This document shows positions 9,971-19,163 of a stretch of 64,000 bases of DNA, in pieces; positions within the stretch are counted from its first letter, which is position 1; every line of letters starts with the position of its first letter. This stretch comes from a virus: IMG/VR virus record IMGVR_UViG_3300035670_000119, positions 21,906-85,905 of that record; one strand, given 5' to 3'. The position numbers and the translations under genes were made by a program. The notes beneath the pieces were generated by a model, which was not told the DNA's origin, searched no databases, and saw only the letters and a program-made list of their open reading frames with translations.

Positions 9971-11641
9971 TTAAGTTCCTGGTTTTTCACCAAGTGATGG
10001 GCTATAGGCCGCACCATTCTTGTCGTACATGGTGAACCCACTGATTTTAATATACGTCAAAGGAATATTGAAAAGACGTTGCAACATTGGTTGCATATGC
10101 TGAGCTTGACAGTTGTAAGGCGGAACATCCATATAGGAAAACGCTTCGGTGGATAGTTTGTGCAATCGTTTGTCTTGTTCTTTTTGCGTTTGCTCAACCA
10201 AGTTCTGTTCCCAGGCCGCCATGCTGCCCGCGCCAACCGGAAAGTCGGAAGGCTCCGGCGGGAACACATCGTCCTGAAAACGCATTGCGTAAATGTGTTT
10301 GCAGTAACGTAACTCGTCTAGCACTGGCGTCCAGAAATCACTCAAGGATGTTATCTCAATTTGAGGTATGGCGTTTGCATCAGTTTGTATGGTTCGGGAA
10401 GCGTAATCGTTATAAGAAGGCATACCTTCTGCTGTAGAACCACTTAGTCCTGGATTGGAAGTAGATCGAGTGTACTGTGCGCCAAATTCACTGTAAACAC
10501 CTGGGTTGTCCCTGGTAGCCAGGAGATTGACAATGTTTTCAGTTGTTACGGTATCGGGGAGAATAAACTCTTCCCCTGGGGCAATAATCTGAAGAATACG
10601 GTCAACATCAGCATCTGTCATCAGAGCATTGTCGACTACCCCCGCATTCTTCAGGATCTCATAACGACCAGGCTTTACGCTAGCGATAGAAGAACGTGGG
10701 AATGCGCGTTTATTGCTGGCGCCTAGATTCATCATGTAGCTGTATTGCCGATGTGTAAAATCTTGGCAAGTACAGCAGTATCTCGGACCTGTAATGAAAT
10801 AGCGCCCAATAGCGGGTGGCCTGGTGGCAGGAGTTACCAGGGTTCTATCAGGTGTTGCCTCAACAGACCCCGCTTTTTTAAACGTAAGAACACCTGTTTC
10901 TTCATCTGTATCTACCAGGACAGCCTGGACGTATCCATATCTCTTCTGTGTAGAAGGATCGATTGTATCTCGGTCAATGATTGTACCGTCTTTGGATAAG
11001 ATGCGATCCTCTAAAACCTCACCATTAAGCGCCTTTAAGCCTTCAAGTCCTGATCCGAGGTCTACATACAACGGCGGCGGCAACTTGTTACCTTTCGACC
11101 AAACCCCGTTTAATTTGACGTACCAATAATCGGCATCCTCCGTAACCGAACCGATATATGCATCAATGTTTCTTGTTTGTTTTGCTTCTTCATCAAACCA
11201 CTGACCCGGATCTTCATAGTCGTAGAGACCATGGTCGAATGAATATTTGTTTAAGAGAGCAATGTACGATTTTAATTTGTCAAAGCGAACGCTTCCCGGC
11301 GTTTTCTTCCCAGCCCAGTGGACGCGGAACTCTTTACTGCGCGTTGGAAATCCCTGGAAATAACCAAGGATATCTGGGTACTCCGTTCCTTTAGGTAAAA
11401 ATCCCTCAGAGAATGGAACGGTGTACTTAAAGCGGTAAGAAAGATTGTTGGTATACAGAGATGAAGTTGCTATTTCGTAACCTTTTCTCCACCTGGCCCA
11501 GGCTGATTCCCTGTTGGCTGCGTACAAAGAATCTGGTACAGAGCCAGGGGAAAACTCTGTCGTTATCGGTTTAACGCCATTGACCGAAAAGGCTCTCGTA
11601 TCGCTGAAATTGCCAAAAGAGCCTCCACTCTTTCTAGCCAT
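9971..11641 (-). CDS. Hypothetical protein with split SWIM-like zinc finger
   Basis: YCCTCQDF ... YCKHIYA separated by roughly 150 aa. Confidence 0.7.
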   Translation of the reverse strand: MARKSGGSFGNFSDTRAFSVNGVKPITTEFSPGSVPDSLYAANRESAWARWRKGYEIATSSLYTNNLSYRFKYTVPFSEGFLPKGTEYPDILGYFQGFPTRSKEFRVHWAGKKTPGSVRFDKLKSYIALLNKYSFDHGLYDYEDPGQWFDEEAKQTRNIDAYIGSVTEDADYWYVKLNGVWSKGNKLPPPLYVDLGSGLEGLKALNGEVLEDRILSKDGTIIDRDTIDPSTQKRYGYVQAVLVDTDEETGVLTFKKAGSVEATPDRTLVTPATRPPAIGRYFITGPRYCCTCQDFTHRQYSYMMNLGASNKRAFPRSSIASVKPGRYEILKNAGVVDNALMTDADVDRILQIIAPGEEFILPDTVTTENIVNLLATRDNPGVYSEFGAQYTRSTSNPGLSGSTAEGMPSYNDYASRTIQTDANAIPQIEITSLSDFWTPVLDELRYCKHIYAMRFQDDVFPPEPSDFPVGAGSMAAWEQNLVEQTQKEQDKRLHKLSTEAFSYMDVPPYNCQAQHMQPMLQRLFNIPLTYIKISGFTMYDKNGAAYSPSLGEKPGT

Positions 11642-11643
11642 CT

Positions 11644-12426
11644 CTAGAAGAATCCGCCTTGAGCAATGACGTGAGCACCAGGGTTGTAGCCGGAAATGTT
11701 CGGGCCGTCTGGGAAAACACCCACATAAATGCGGTCGCCACGTTCCAGGTAGATGCCCTTATTGCGTAGAGGTGCAGTCGACCCAAGACCAGTGGTAACA
11801 CCTGCTTGCGGCATGGGGGTTGCTAATTGCGGCAGGAGATCCGAGCAGTCAACTGAACCGCTATTGGCAGGAATTGTTTTGGCGAACAATACCCGGTAAT
11901 CACCTGATGCAGGAATAGGAGTCGTTGTGTTACGCGTGTGGTAGAAAACAAAAGTAACGGCGGGCTGATTCCCGTAATCCACACCGTTAAACGTAAAACC
12001 GCTAGAGGTGCCGCCTGAGTAGTGGAAAGCGGTATTTACGCCGGTAAGCGTCGTTGCTCCAGTATAGGTGTAATAGCCGATACCGCTGGCAGGAGTGGTG
12101 GCGGTAATAACGCCAGTGGAGGTGACGTTAACGATTTGTCCGCTTACCAGGGAGATGACAGTTCCCGAGGTCGTCGTATTGACAATGTAGTCTGCTTCCC
12201 TATAGAAGTCATTGCGTGTGATCGTAATTGAATCAACAACGCCACCATTATTATTGTCTTCTTCAAGGGCAGCGTCCATGTCTACGAGAATAGACGGAGC
12301 CTGACCACCCTGCACAAATAACGTATTCGTGGTAGCGTTACCAACGGTCTGAGTCGTTACTCGTACCGTATCGAATAGCGGACGGTCAACCAGAAGTGGC
12401 TGTTTATTAGTGCTAGTGGACGCCAA
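11644..12426 (-). CDS. Probable virion structural protein (T/G-rich)
   Basis: 260-aa ORF, beta-rich composition, TATAAT upstream. Confidence 0.7.
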   Translation of the reverse strand: MASTSTNKQPLLVDRPLFDTVRVTTQTVGNATTNTLFVQGGQAPSILVDMDAALEEDNNNGGVVDSITITRNDFYREADYIVNTTTSGTVISLVSGQIVNVTSTGVITATTPASGIGYYTYTGATTLTGVNTAFHYSGGTSSGFTFNGVDYGNQPAVTFVFYHTRNTTTPIPASGDYRVLFAKTIPANSGSVDCSDLLPQLATPMPQAGVTTGLGSTAPLRNKGIYLERGDRIYVGVFPDGPNISGYNPGAHVIAQGGFF

Positions 12427-12462
12427 TGTTCTACTTCCTGTTTCTTTACATTATAGTCTTTA

Positions 12463-13185
12463 TCAGCCAATAGATCCAAACGCCTTTAAGAAGTTAGAGA
12501 AAGAAGATGTAGGTGTTTCACGCCTTTGCGATAAAAGCGGAGAATTAATTTGATTCATTAATAGTGCCATCAGCTCAGGATTATCCTGGCCAGCAATCGC
12601 AATATTCTCACCGGAAGAGGCGGGGGAAGTTGTCGCAATAGGTTCTTGCGCATCCAATACTTCGCTTCGGGGGCCAAGTTTTTGCCACCAGGGCTTTTGT
12701 GCTTTCTTTCCGGTTTCGCTGAATAATGTATTCTCAGTGAAGTCAGGGGTTAATCCTTTTTTACGTATTTCTGCTGGTGTTAAATACTGGAGACCACCAC
12801 CCAATCTGACGGGAATTAAATTATCGGGATACTTCATGAGAAGCCCCTGTTTGTTCAGGTACGAGGTTGATCGAAAATCACCAACCCCACCAAGTTGATT
12901 TGCAGTGTTTGCTAAAAGCCTTAAGCCTTCAGGGCTGTTGTAAAACTGTTTTGCAAGACCGCCTGTCTCTTTGGTAGGTTTCTTTAAAACTGCATATTGA
13001 CTTGGATTCATCCAAGATTGCCAGTTGCTTCCATAGCCAGGCATGTGGAAGCGATTAAGGATACTAGCAAAAGTACCCGGCTTTGCCCCGTATTTTGGGT
13101 CCCTGGCTTCCAGGGTGGCAACACGATATGCGGTATTTAAAAAATCTTGCGGGAATATAGAAGCAAGACCTGCGGGAGTAGGCAT
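12463..13185 (-). CDS. SleB/Hydrolase_2-like cell-wall hydrolase (lytic transglycosylase)
   Basis: RVATLEARDPKYG...ASILNRF..PGY...SQYA matches the SleB EARGE...VILNR...QF pattern; ATG 13185 avoids overlap. Confidence 0.55.
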   Translation of the reverse strand: MPTPAGLASIFPQDFLNTAYRVATLEARDPKYGAKPGTFASILNRFHMPGYGSNWQSWMNPSQYAVLKKPTKETGGLAKQFYNSPEGLRLLANTANQLGGVGDFRSTSYLNKQGLLMKYPDNLIPVRLGGGLQYLTPAEIRKKGLTPDFTENTLFSETGKKAQKPWWQKLGPRSEVLDAQEPIATTSPASSGENIAIAGQDNPELMALLMNQINSPLLSQRRETPTSSFSNFLKAFGSIG

Positions 13186-13190
13186 TGGTT

Positions 13191-14708
13191 TTACATCTGT
13201 GGGTTTCTCGCCTGGAGTTTCATCAACTCCCGGTAAGCAAGGCCAGGATTCTGACGCGTCCAATCCATCAGAGCCTGGTCGCTCATCCCGGCAAAAGCGC
13301 CCAGTTCCTTCAAGCGACGCTGAAGCTCTCCACCCTGCTCCATGCTCCTACCCAGTTGCTGCTGGCCCGCATAGAAGGAAGGTAAGGAAACACCTGCAGG
13401 AGCAGCATACTGCTGAGCAGCATTAAGTACTTCTTGAGAGAGCGCGCGTTCTTGAACATTTTGACGTTGTGCGGGAGCACCGGCCCCGTTAGACACAACT
13501 CCGGGAGGCACACGAGGCGCAAGGGGAGGAGGTGTCAGTTGTCCGGCTTGCAGCCCTGGATCCAGAAGAGCTGGAGGGGCTGGTGCTTCAGGAGGCTGTA
13601 AACTTCCGGAAGCAATACCCACGTTAGCACCGTACAATTTTCTAAAGCTTTCTGGAGACTGGAAACCATAGTTCCGGCCAGCCCATACACGGCCCTGTGC
13701 ATCGCGAATTGATGCGTCACCACCAAATGGTCGTGTGTTTTGTGCTAGAGACTGACGCAAGTAAGTGGCTTCTTTTTCGTCCTCAACACCGGCTGCAGAA
13801 GGGAAAAGGGCATCTACTGCTCCATAAGCTGCTAAACCTCCGCCAACAGTTGTTAATAAACCTGGCGTTGTTCCAGCAATGCCCAGGCTCTGTGCTAACC
13901 GTGCGCCGGCACTGATGCCTGGCATGGGATTTGCGGCATCAAGAAGATTGGCGGGATTCAGTGGATTAAAAACCTGACCAACTTTACCAAGTAGGGTTGT
14001 CGGCGTCCTTGTTGCTAAGGGGTTAATGGCTGTTGGTATCCGTCCTTGAAGATTGCGAAAAATTCCTTTTGCTGTATCGACACCGCCCTGCAACATGTTT
14101 TGGGGTTCACGCGCAAACATAGAAGTTTTTGCGGTGATTTGTCCCAGAGGGCTAGATGGTCCTAGCATCCCTTCAGACGGCATCTGGAAAGGAAGGGGAG
14201 GCTGGACCTTCTTTAATTGCTCAACAGGGATGCCAAGTTTTTTTGCCAACTGCTCGGCAGATCCTGTCAATCCGGAAGCACGCCGTAAAGCGTAATCAAT
14301 GTTATAAGGGTTGTTTCCAGGGAGAGGCGTACTTGCTGGTGTCGTTAAGACGGGAGCTTGCGGACGTTGTCCAGGTAAGCCTGGAGCCCTAACTACACCA
14401 CCTGCATTGACTGCTCCCGCTGGACGAGCAGGGGGCTGAGCTGCAGCGCGAACAAGCGTAGTTTTTGCTTGGCTTCTTGCGGCTTCTTTTGCAGTCCCTG
14501 GAGCCATCTGTGAAATACCACTCAGTCGATCCAGGAACCCTGTCGTGAGTCCGCCCCAATTTACATTCTGCGGGATAGCACGAGAGAGTACGTCACCTGC
14601 TGCTCTTTGCAGGAATTGATAGTTACGTGGGTCTGCGGCTTGAGCTGCACCACGTCCAATGAAGTTATAAAGAAAACCTGCGGGGGACTTAGGAGCCATT
14701 AGCGCCAA
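13191..14708 (-). CDS. Hypothetical P/G/A-rich protein (possible internal virion protein)
   Basis: 505-aa ORF with one hydrophobic Gly-rich stretch. Confidence 0.7.
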   Translation of the reverse strand: MALMAPKSPAGFLYNFIGRGAAQAADPRNYQFLQRAAGDVLSRAIPQNVNWGGLTTGFLDRLSGISQMAPGTAKEAARSQAKTTLVRAAAQPPARPAGAVNAGGVVRAPGLPGQRPQAPVLTTPASTPLPGNNPYNIDYALRRASGLTGSAEQLAKKLGIPVEQLKKVQPPLPFQMPSEGMLGPSSPLGQITAKTSMFAREPQNMLQGGVDTAKGIFRNLQGRIPTAINPLATRTPTTLLGKVGQVFNPLNPANLLDAANPMPGISAGARLAQSLGIAGTTPGLLTTVGGGLAAYGAVDALFPSAAGVEDEKEATYLRQSLAQNTRPFGGDASIRDAQGRVWAGRNYGFQSPESFRKLYGANVGIASGSLQPPEAPAPPALLDPGLQAGQLTPPPLAPRVPPGVVSNGAGAPAQRQNVQERALSQEVLNAAQQYAAPAGVSLPSFYAGQQQLGRSMEQGGELQRRLKELGAFAGMSDQALMDWTRQNPGLAYRELMKLQARNPQM

Positions 14709-15160
14709 ACCTCATGAAGATAAATACGAGAACCAACTGCAGTATCAGCTGGCCCAGGTAAAGCCTGAATAAATTCTGCACCTGAGCGTTCATACCGATA
14801 CCGAGCCTGGAAAGGATCTTTGTAGTTAGGAACGTAAAGAATTCCAGCTAAACGATTTGTCTCGTAAAGATAGATTTCGTCCCAAACTTTTAAAGCTTCT
14901 TTTGCATTACTAGAGCGAATCGTGCGATCCACATCACCAGCAATGCTTTCAAGTCTAGTAGAAGGCGATGTTGCGACTTCTGTTTTCTTTTCGGCCGTAT
15001 CACAGCGGCCCATTTGAATAACAAGTTTGTCGTAGAAGTATGAATCGGGAACCGTATTCATTGCTTCTTCTAGACGAGCATAGTCACCCGCCGGCACGGA
15101 AACCGTGAAGTAGCCCAAATGATATCGGACTCTGCTTTTATCAAAATCGCTGAGCTGCAC
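14699..15160 (-). CDS. Probable head-tail adaptor/connector protein
   Basis: 153 aa, DKSRVRYHLG N-terminus, position downstream of capsid genes. Confidence 0.5.
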   Translation of the reverse strand: MQLSDFDKSRVRYHLGYFTVSVPAGDYARLEEAMNTVPDSYFYDKLVIQMGRCDTAEKKTEVATSPSTRLESIAGDVDRTIRSSNAKEALKVWDEIYLYETNRLAGILYVPNYKDPFQARYRYERSGAEFIQALPGPADTAVGSRIYLHEVWR

Positions 15161-15199
15161 AGCTTACTTCCGTATGTTTTTAATTATAAATGACCTTTA

Positions 15200-15910
15200 C
15201 TAACTCAGTTGGCCAGACAAGGGGTTGTCTAGTACTCCAGTGGGAACACTTCCCATTAGCTCTTGGAGTTCCGCGAAAGGATCTTGTTTCTTGCCTCTAA
15301 CTTGTTGCAGTATTTGTTGTGCCATTTGATTTGAAATATAGTCTTTAAGAAATTTTTGCTGCCTTGCTTCTTCTACCCGAGGATCCGGAGGAAGAACTGG
15401 TGCGGGTGGAGGGGTGCCACCGGCTTCTGCTCTTGCTGTTGACGCTTGTTGTGGTAGTTCATTTAAGTGCATGAACTCCAAAGTAAATGGACGATTATCC
15501 AGTGTCCTGCTGGTGAATCGGGACATATTGCCCGCAGCGCCCACATTGGCCAACGGTGTTACTGATCCCTCGCCCAAAACACGCAACATCGTGTTTGCAG
15601 GCAAATCATAATCCTCGCCACGATGAGGAACATTCCTTGCACCGGTAACAGGATGTACAGCGCGTACTCCGAAGGGATCTATTAATTTAACGCCCGGATG
15701 CAAACCATATTGACTTTGACCAAGATTTTGGAATAAAGATTCCCAGGTTTCGCTTCCTGGCCTTTTGAATTGAATTCGTGTACCTGCAATTGATCTCCCC
15801 GCCTGGCTCAATGGCATGTGTTTGCCATCGACAATAAACCCCAGGTGAAGATGAGGGCCTGTAACACCGCCGGTGCTACCTGATTTACCAACGTAACTTG
15901 CAGCTGACAT
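15200..15910 (-). CDS. M23 family peptidase, circularly permuted
   Basis: GKSGSTGGVTGPHLH precedes FGVRAVHPVTG..PHRGED and FMHL. Confidence 0.8.
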   Translation of the reverse strand: MSAASYVGKSGSTGGVTGPHLHLGFIVDGKHMPLSQAGRSIAGTRIQFKRPGSETWESLFQNLGQSQYGLHPGVKLIDPFGVRAVHPVTGARNVPHRGEDYDLPANTMLRVLGEGSVTPLANVGAAGNMSRFTSRTLDNRPFTLEFMHLNELPQQASTARAEAGGTPPPAPVLPPDPRVEEARQQKFLKDYISNQMAQQILQQVRGKKQDPFAELQELMGSVPTGVLDNPLSGQLS

Positions 15911-15936
15911 ATTGGTTTTCTTTTTATTTTAAGACT

Positions 15937-15961
15937 AAAAAACCCCCGGTTTCCCGAGGGT
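15937..15961 (-). terminator. Intrinsic terminator of capsid operon
   Basis: Minus strand CCCTCGG-GAAA-CCGGGGG followed by T6. Confidence 0.75.
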
Positions 15962-15977
15962 ATAAAGGATGAGTAAA

Positions 15978-16406
15978 TCAGACGCGAATTAAATTAGCTG
16001 CAAAAACCGAATCCCAATCAACCCGTTTGATTTGTTTTAGCTGTTCAAGATTGTTGAATCTTTCACCCGATAAGGACATTTGAAGATCTTTAATCTCACG
16101 AGCCGTTTTCAAACCAATGCCTTTAATATGATCCGCAATCATCTGAGCAGTGGCTGAGTTCACATTTAGGCGAGTATCCGGTGGAAAAGTACGAGGCTCT
16201 TCCTGTGCTGCTTTATCTTTTACCTGAAGAGTTTTAACCTTTTTGGTTGCTTCTTCGTCGGGCTGGATCTCAGTTTTGTAAACGGTAAAAAGGCGACCGT
16301 CCTGATCTTCGACCATGAACCAATCGCCTTGATCCCATTCGCTTACAACTTTGACGCGAGCGCCCGTTTTTTTGTGCTGGTAAAGCATTGCCGGAATAGT
16401 TGTCAT
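15978..16406 (-). CDS. ComEA-like helix-hairpin-helix protein
   Basis: LNVNSATAQMIADHIKGIGLKTAREI...FNNLEQLKQIKRV. Confidence 0.8.
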   Translation of the reverse strand: MTTIPAMLYQHKKTGARVKVVSEWDQGDWFMVEDQDGRLFTVYKTEIQPDEEATKKVKTLQVKDKAAQEEPRTFPPDTRLNVNSATAQMIADHIKGIGLKTAREIKDLQMSLSGERFNNLEQLKQIKRVDWDSVFAANLIRV

Positions 16407-16441
16407 AAGACCAGTGGTAACCTGGTCTTAGTTTAACTTAC

Positions 16442-17233
16442 TCAGCTAACAGTGCGGCCCAGGAGATAGCCTTCGATGTCTTCGTAGCCAGCGGCTTCAT
16501 CGGGCTGGAGATAACACACTTCAACCACGAAGTAACCAGTGCGATTGGCATTGGCATCACCACTGGAGATGTACCAACCACCAGAAGTGCTGGTCGAAGT
16601 ACGCGAACCGCGAGCTTGCACGGTATAGGTGGTGGAAGAGGTGATCTGCTTGTAGATGTTGTTCACAGCTACACCGGCGGCACCAGTGGCGGTCAGGAAG
16701 GGCTGAGCGCTATAGGCAGCGGTACCAGCGGCGAAGAAGATTTCACCGGACTGGTCACCAGAGGTGGTGGAGGTGAGGTCAGCCTGGGACACGGCAGCGC
16801 CTGCATCACCAGAAGACACCAGACCAGGACCAAAGGTAATCACGTTACCAGTGGCGGCATACACACCAGAAGCAACGCGGCCATCGCCCCAGCCAGAAGC
16901 AACGGAGATGGTGGCGCGATACACGTAGGCAGGGATAGCGCTGCTACCAGAGATCACCATGCCGGTGATGTCGGTGCGGGTGTCGTCATTCCGATAGGGG
17001 GAAGGAACGATCACGCTACCGGAGGCAACGGCACCAGCACCAGAGGTAGTGGTCACGGCCACATAACCACGTTGCTGGAAGTAACGGTAACCAGGAACGG
17101 CCAGCACTGAAGTGGGGCCACCCTTGGAACCATCATTGGTACCGCTGTCGTCGGTATCAATGTTCTTGTACCAACCGTTCAGAGGCTCCGCCCAGTTACC
17201 TGGGTAGATTTTTTTGGCGGACAAATAGGTCAT
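16442..17233 (-). CDS. Abundant structural protein (capsid decoration or tail)
   Basis: Immediately after MCP with the same strong codon bias; S/T/G-rich. Confidence 0.65.
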   Translation of the reverse strand: MTYLSAKKIYPGNWAEPLNGWYKNIDTDDSGTNDGSKGGPTSVLAVPGYRYFQQRGYVAVTTTSGAGAVASGSVIVPSPYRNDDTRTDITGMVISGSSAIPAYVYRATISVASGWGDGRVASGVYAATGNVITFGPGLVSSGDAGAAVSQADLTSTTSGDQSGEIFFAAGTAAYSAQPFLTATGAAGVAVNNIYKQITSSTTYTVQARGSRTSTSTSGGWYISSGDANANRTGYFVVEVCYLQPDEAAGYEDIEGYLLGRTVS

Positions 17234-17269
17234 TTATCTTTTCCTATGTTGTAGGTTTATGTTTAATTA

Positions 17270-18433
17270 TCAGACAGTGCCGTCATCTTGCACAAAGCTG
17301 TATGCGGTGGTGACGAAATCTTTGTTCAGGATTTCGAAACCAGCGTACAGTTGCCAAATGAGAATAATGAAACGGCTGAAGTCGTCGTTGTTGTTGATGA
17401 GCACCTGAGCGTTAGGACCGCCGATACCAACACCAACAGACTGAGGACCGAAGAAGTAACCTTGGGCCACTTCCTTAGAAGCATAGCTGGAACCACCATC
17501 AAAGGAAGCAGAAACGTTCTTGGTCGGGAAGTTGGTCGACTCGAAGAACTTAACGCCTTCAAACTGGACGCCAGTAGGCATCACAGGTTCACCAGCCAGG
17601 AAGTAACCCTGACCAGCCTGGGGACCCATGTAGAAGCTGGCGTTGTTAGGCATCATGGGGTTGCCCATGTACATGCCTTGGCCAGGATTGCCGCTATAAC
17701 GGGCGATCTCACGGAAGTCAGGATCACGACGCAGGTGCATCATGAAGGTGGGATCGCAGATGCAGCGATACAGACCATCACCAAAGGTGGGGACGTTGCG
17801 CTTGCGGAGATCCTTCACAAGGCTCAGCAGGTCGGTACGCACCTGGAACTGCTGAACTTCATTACCATACTCGGTGGAGGTGTAGGACACACGACCAGAA
17901 GAGTCCTTGGTTTTACCGCCAGCGAAGTAGTAACCACCTTGAGTGGTAGAAGCAGCACCATTGGCTTCGGCTTTGGCGAGTTCATCAATGAACACGCGGT
18001 CGCGCCAACGGCGATAGTCGTCGAGCAGCGTCAGGCTACCGATCGACTGGTGGAACATGTTGAGGTTGCCACTATCCAGCAGAAGGCGCTGAGCAGTGAT
18101 CAGGGTCTCACGTGCAATCTTGAAGGTGCTAGGCTGGGTAGGATCGCCCGGATCTGCAGGACCAGTGTACTCTTTCAGTACAACAAGCACCTTCTCTTTG
18201 GTGATGTTGCGGCTGTTGGCAGTACCGATAGTTTGGTCAGCAATACGCTCGCGGCTGTCCTTAGTACCAGGGGTACCCCAGAACTTATAGCGATCTAACT
18301 GAACGGTTTGACCGGGCTGACGAGTGAAGTCATGAACGACCACGGGCTCGACCGCCATTTCTGCGATATACGCAGGGTGGGGGCGGTAGAGTTCCGCACC
18401 CAAAATCTTTGGAAAGTCGTTATCAATGAACAC
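17270..18433 (-). CDS. Major capsid protein
   Basis: 387 aa, strong codon bias, GGAGG SD, follows portal/scaffold; PGQTVQLDRY E-loop-like segment and terminal W..YAGFEIL. Confidence 0.8.
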   Translation of the reverse strand: MFIDNDFPKILGAELYRPHPAYIAEMAVEPVVVHDFTRQPGQTVQLDRYKFWGTPGTKDSRERIADQTIGTANSRNITKEKVLVVLKEYTGPADPGDPTQPSTFKIARETLITAQRLLLDSGNLNMFHQSIGSLTLLDDYRRWRDRVFIDELAKAEANGAASTTQGGYYFAGGKTKDSSGRVSYTSTEYGNEVQQFQVRTDLLSLVKDLRKRNVPTFGDGLYRCICDPTFMMHLRRDPDFREIARYSGNPGQGMYMGNPMMPNNASFYMGPQAGQGYFLAGEPVMPTGVQFEGVKFFESTNFPTKNVSASFDGGSSYASKEVAQGYFFGPQSVGVGIGGPNAQVLINNNDDFSRFIILIWQLYAGFEILNKDFVTTAYSFVQDDGTV

Positions 18434-18538
18434 TTTGTTTTATCCTCCAGTGTCGCAGGAAGTGTTTTTATCGGATGAAAGATTCAGACATTGTTATGTC
18501 TTATCTAACACAAATTTTAGCAGTTGGTAATTTACTTA

Positions 18539-19159
18539 TTACATGTACTGCTTGATAGGCATGTTGCTAGAGCCATAAGACTCAGGATCAATAGCTTGTT
18601 GTGCAGCCATCTGCATGGCAGCATCTTGATTCATGCCTGGAATGCCAACCAATTGACCTGCGTTTGCAAGGCCACCGCCAATCATTCCACCAAACCCGCC
18701 AGCGGCGGTTAAGCCGATTGGAATACCAGCAGTATTAATAAGAGCCTGAGACCGACGAAGGCCAGTCTTAAATTGATCTCTTATTTGGTCTGGATCGCCA
18801 CCTTGAGCGTTTAACTGCCGAAGCATATCGCGAACGTATTCTGCGTTCTCAATTTCAGAAGCAGACATACGAGCTTTGCGTGCAGCTGCTCCTGGATTGT
18901 TCATGACAACAGCACCGAGGTCGCTCATTGCTTTTACAGCGCGGCCACGTAAGCCAGGAATTTGTGCACCAAGTAGAGCACCAGCTCCGCCAGCGCCAAG
19001 TGCCTCTAATCCAAGGCGGCCAGCACCTTCGTCTTGAGCTTCACCAGAAACCAGGTTTCCTAATGTAGCAAGGCCGGCGGCACCGAGGCCGCCAGCCACT
19101 GCAGAAGCAATGGGATTCCTGCTGATTGTGTTAGCGTACTTACCAGCAAGTTTAATCAT
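18539..19159 (-). CDS. Gly/Ala-rich hypothetical protein
   Basis: 206-aa ORF with glycine-zipper-like segments. Confidence 0.7.
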   Translation of the reverse strand: MIKLAGKYANTISRNPIASAVAGGLGAAGLATLGNLVSGEAQDEGAGRLGLEALGAGGAGALLGAQIPGLRGRAVKAMSDLGAVVMNNPGAAARKARMSASEIENAEYVRDMLRQLNAQGGDPDQIRDQFKTGLRRSQALINTAGIPIGLTAAGGFGGMIGGGLANAGQLVGIPGMNQDAAMQMAAQQAIDPESYGSSNMPIKQYM

Positions 19160-19163
19160 CGCT

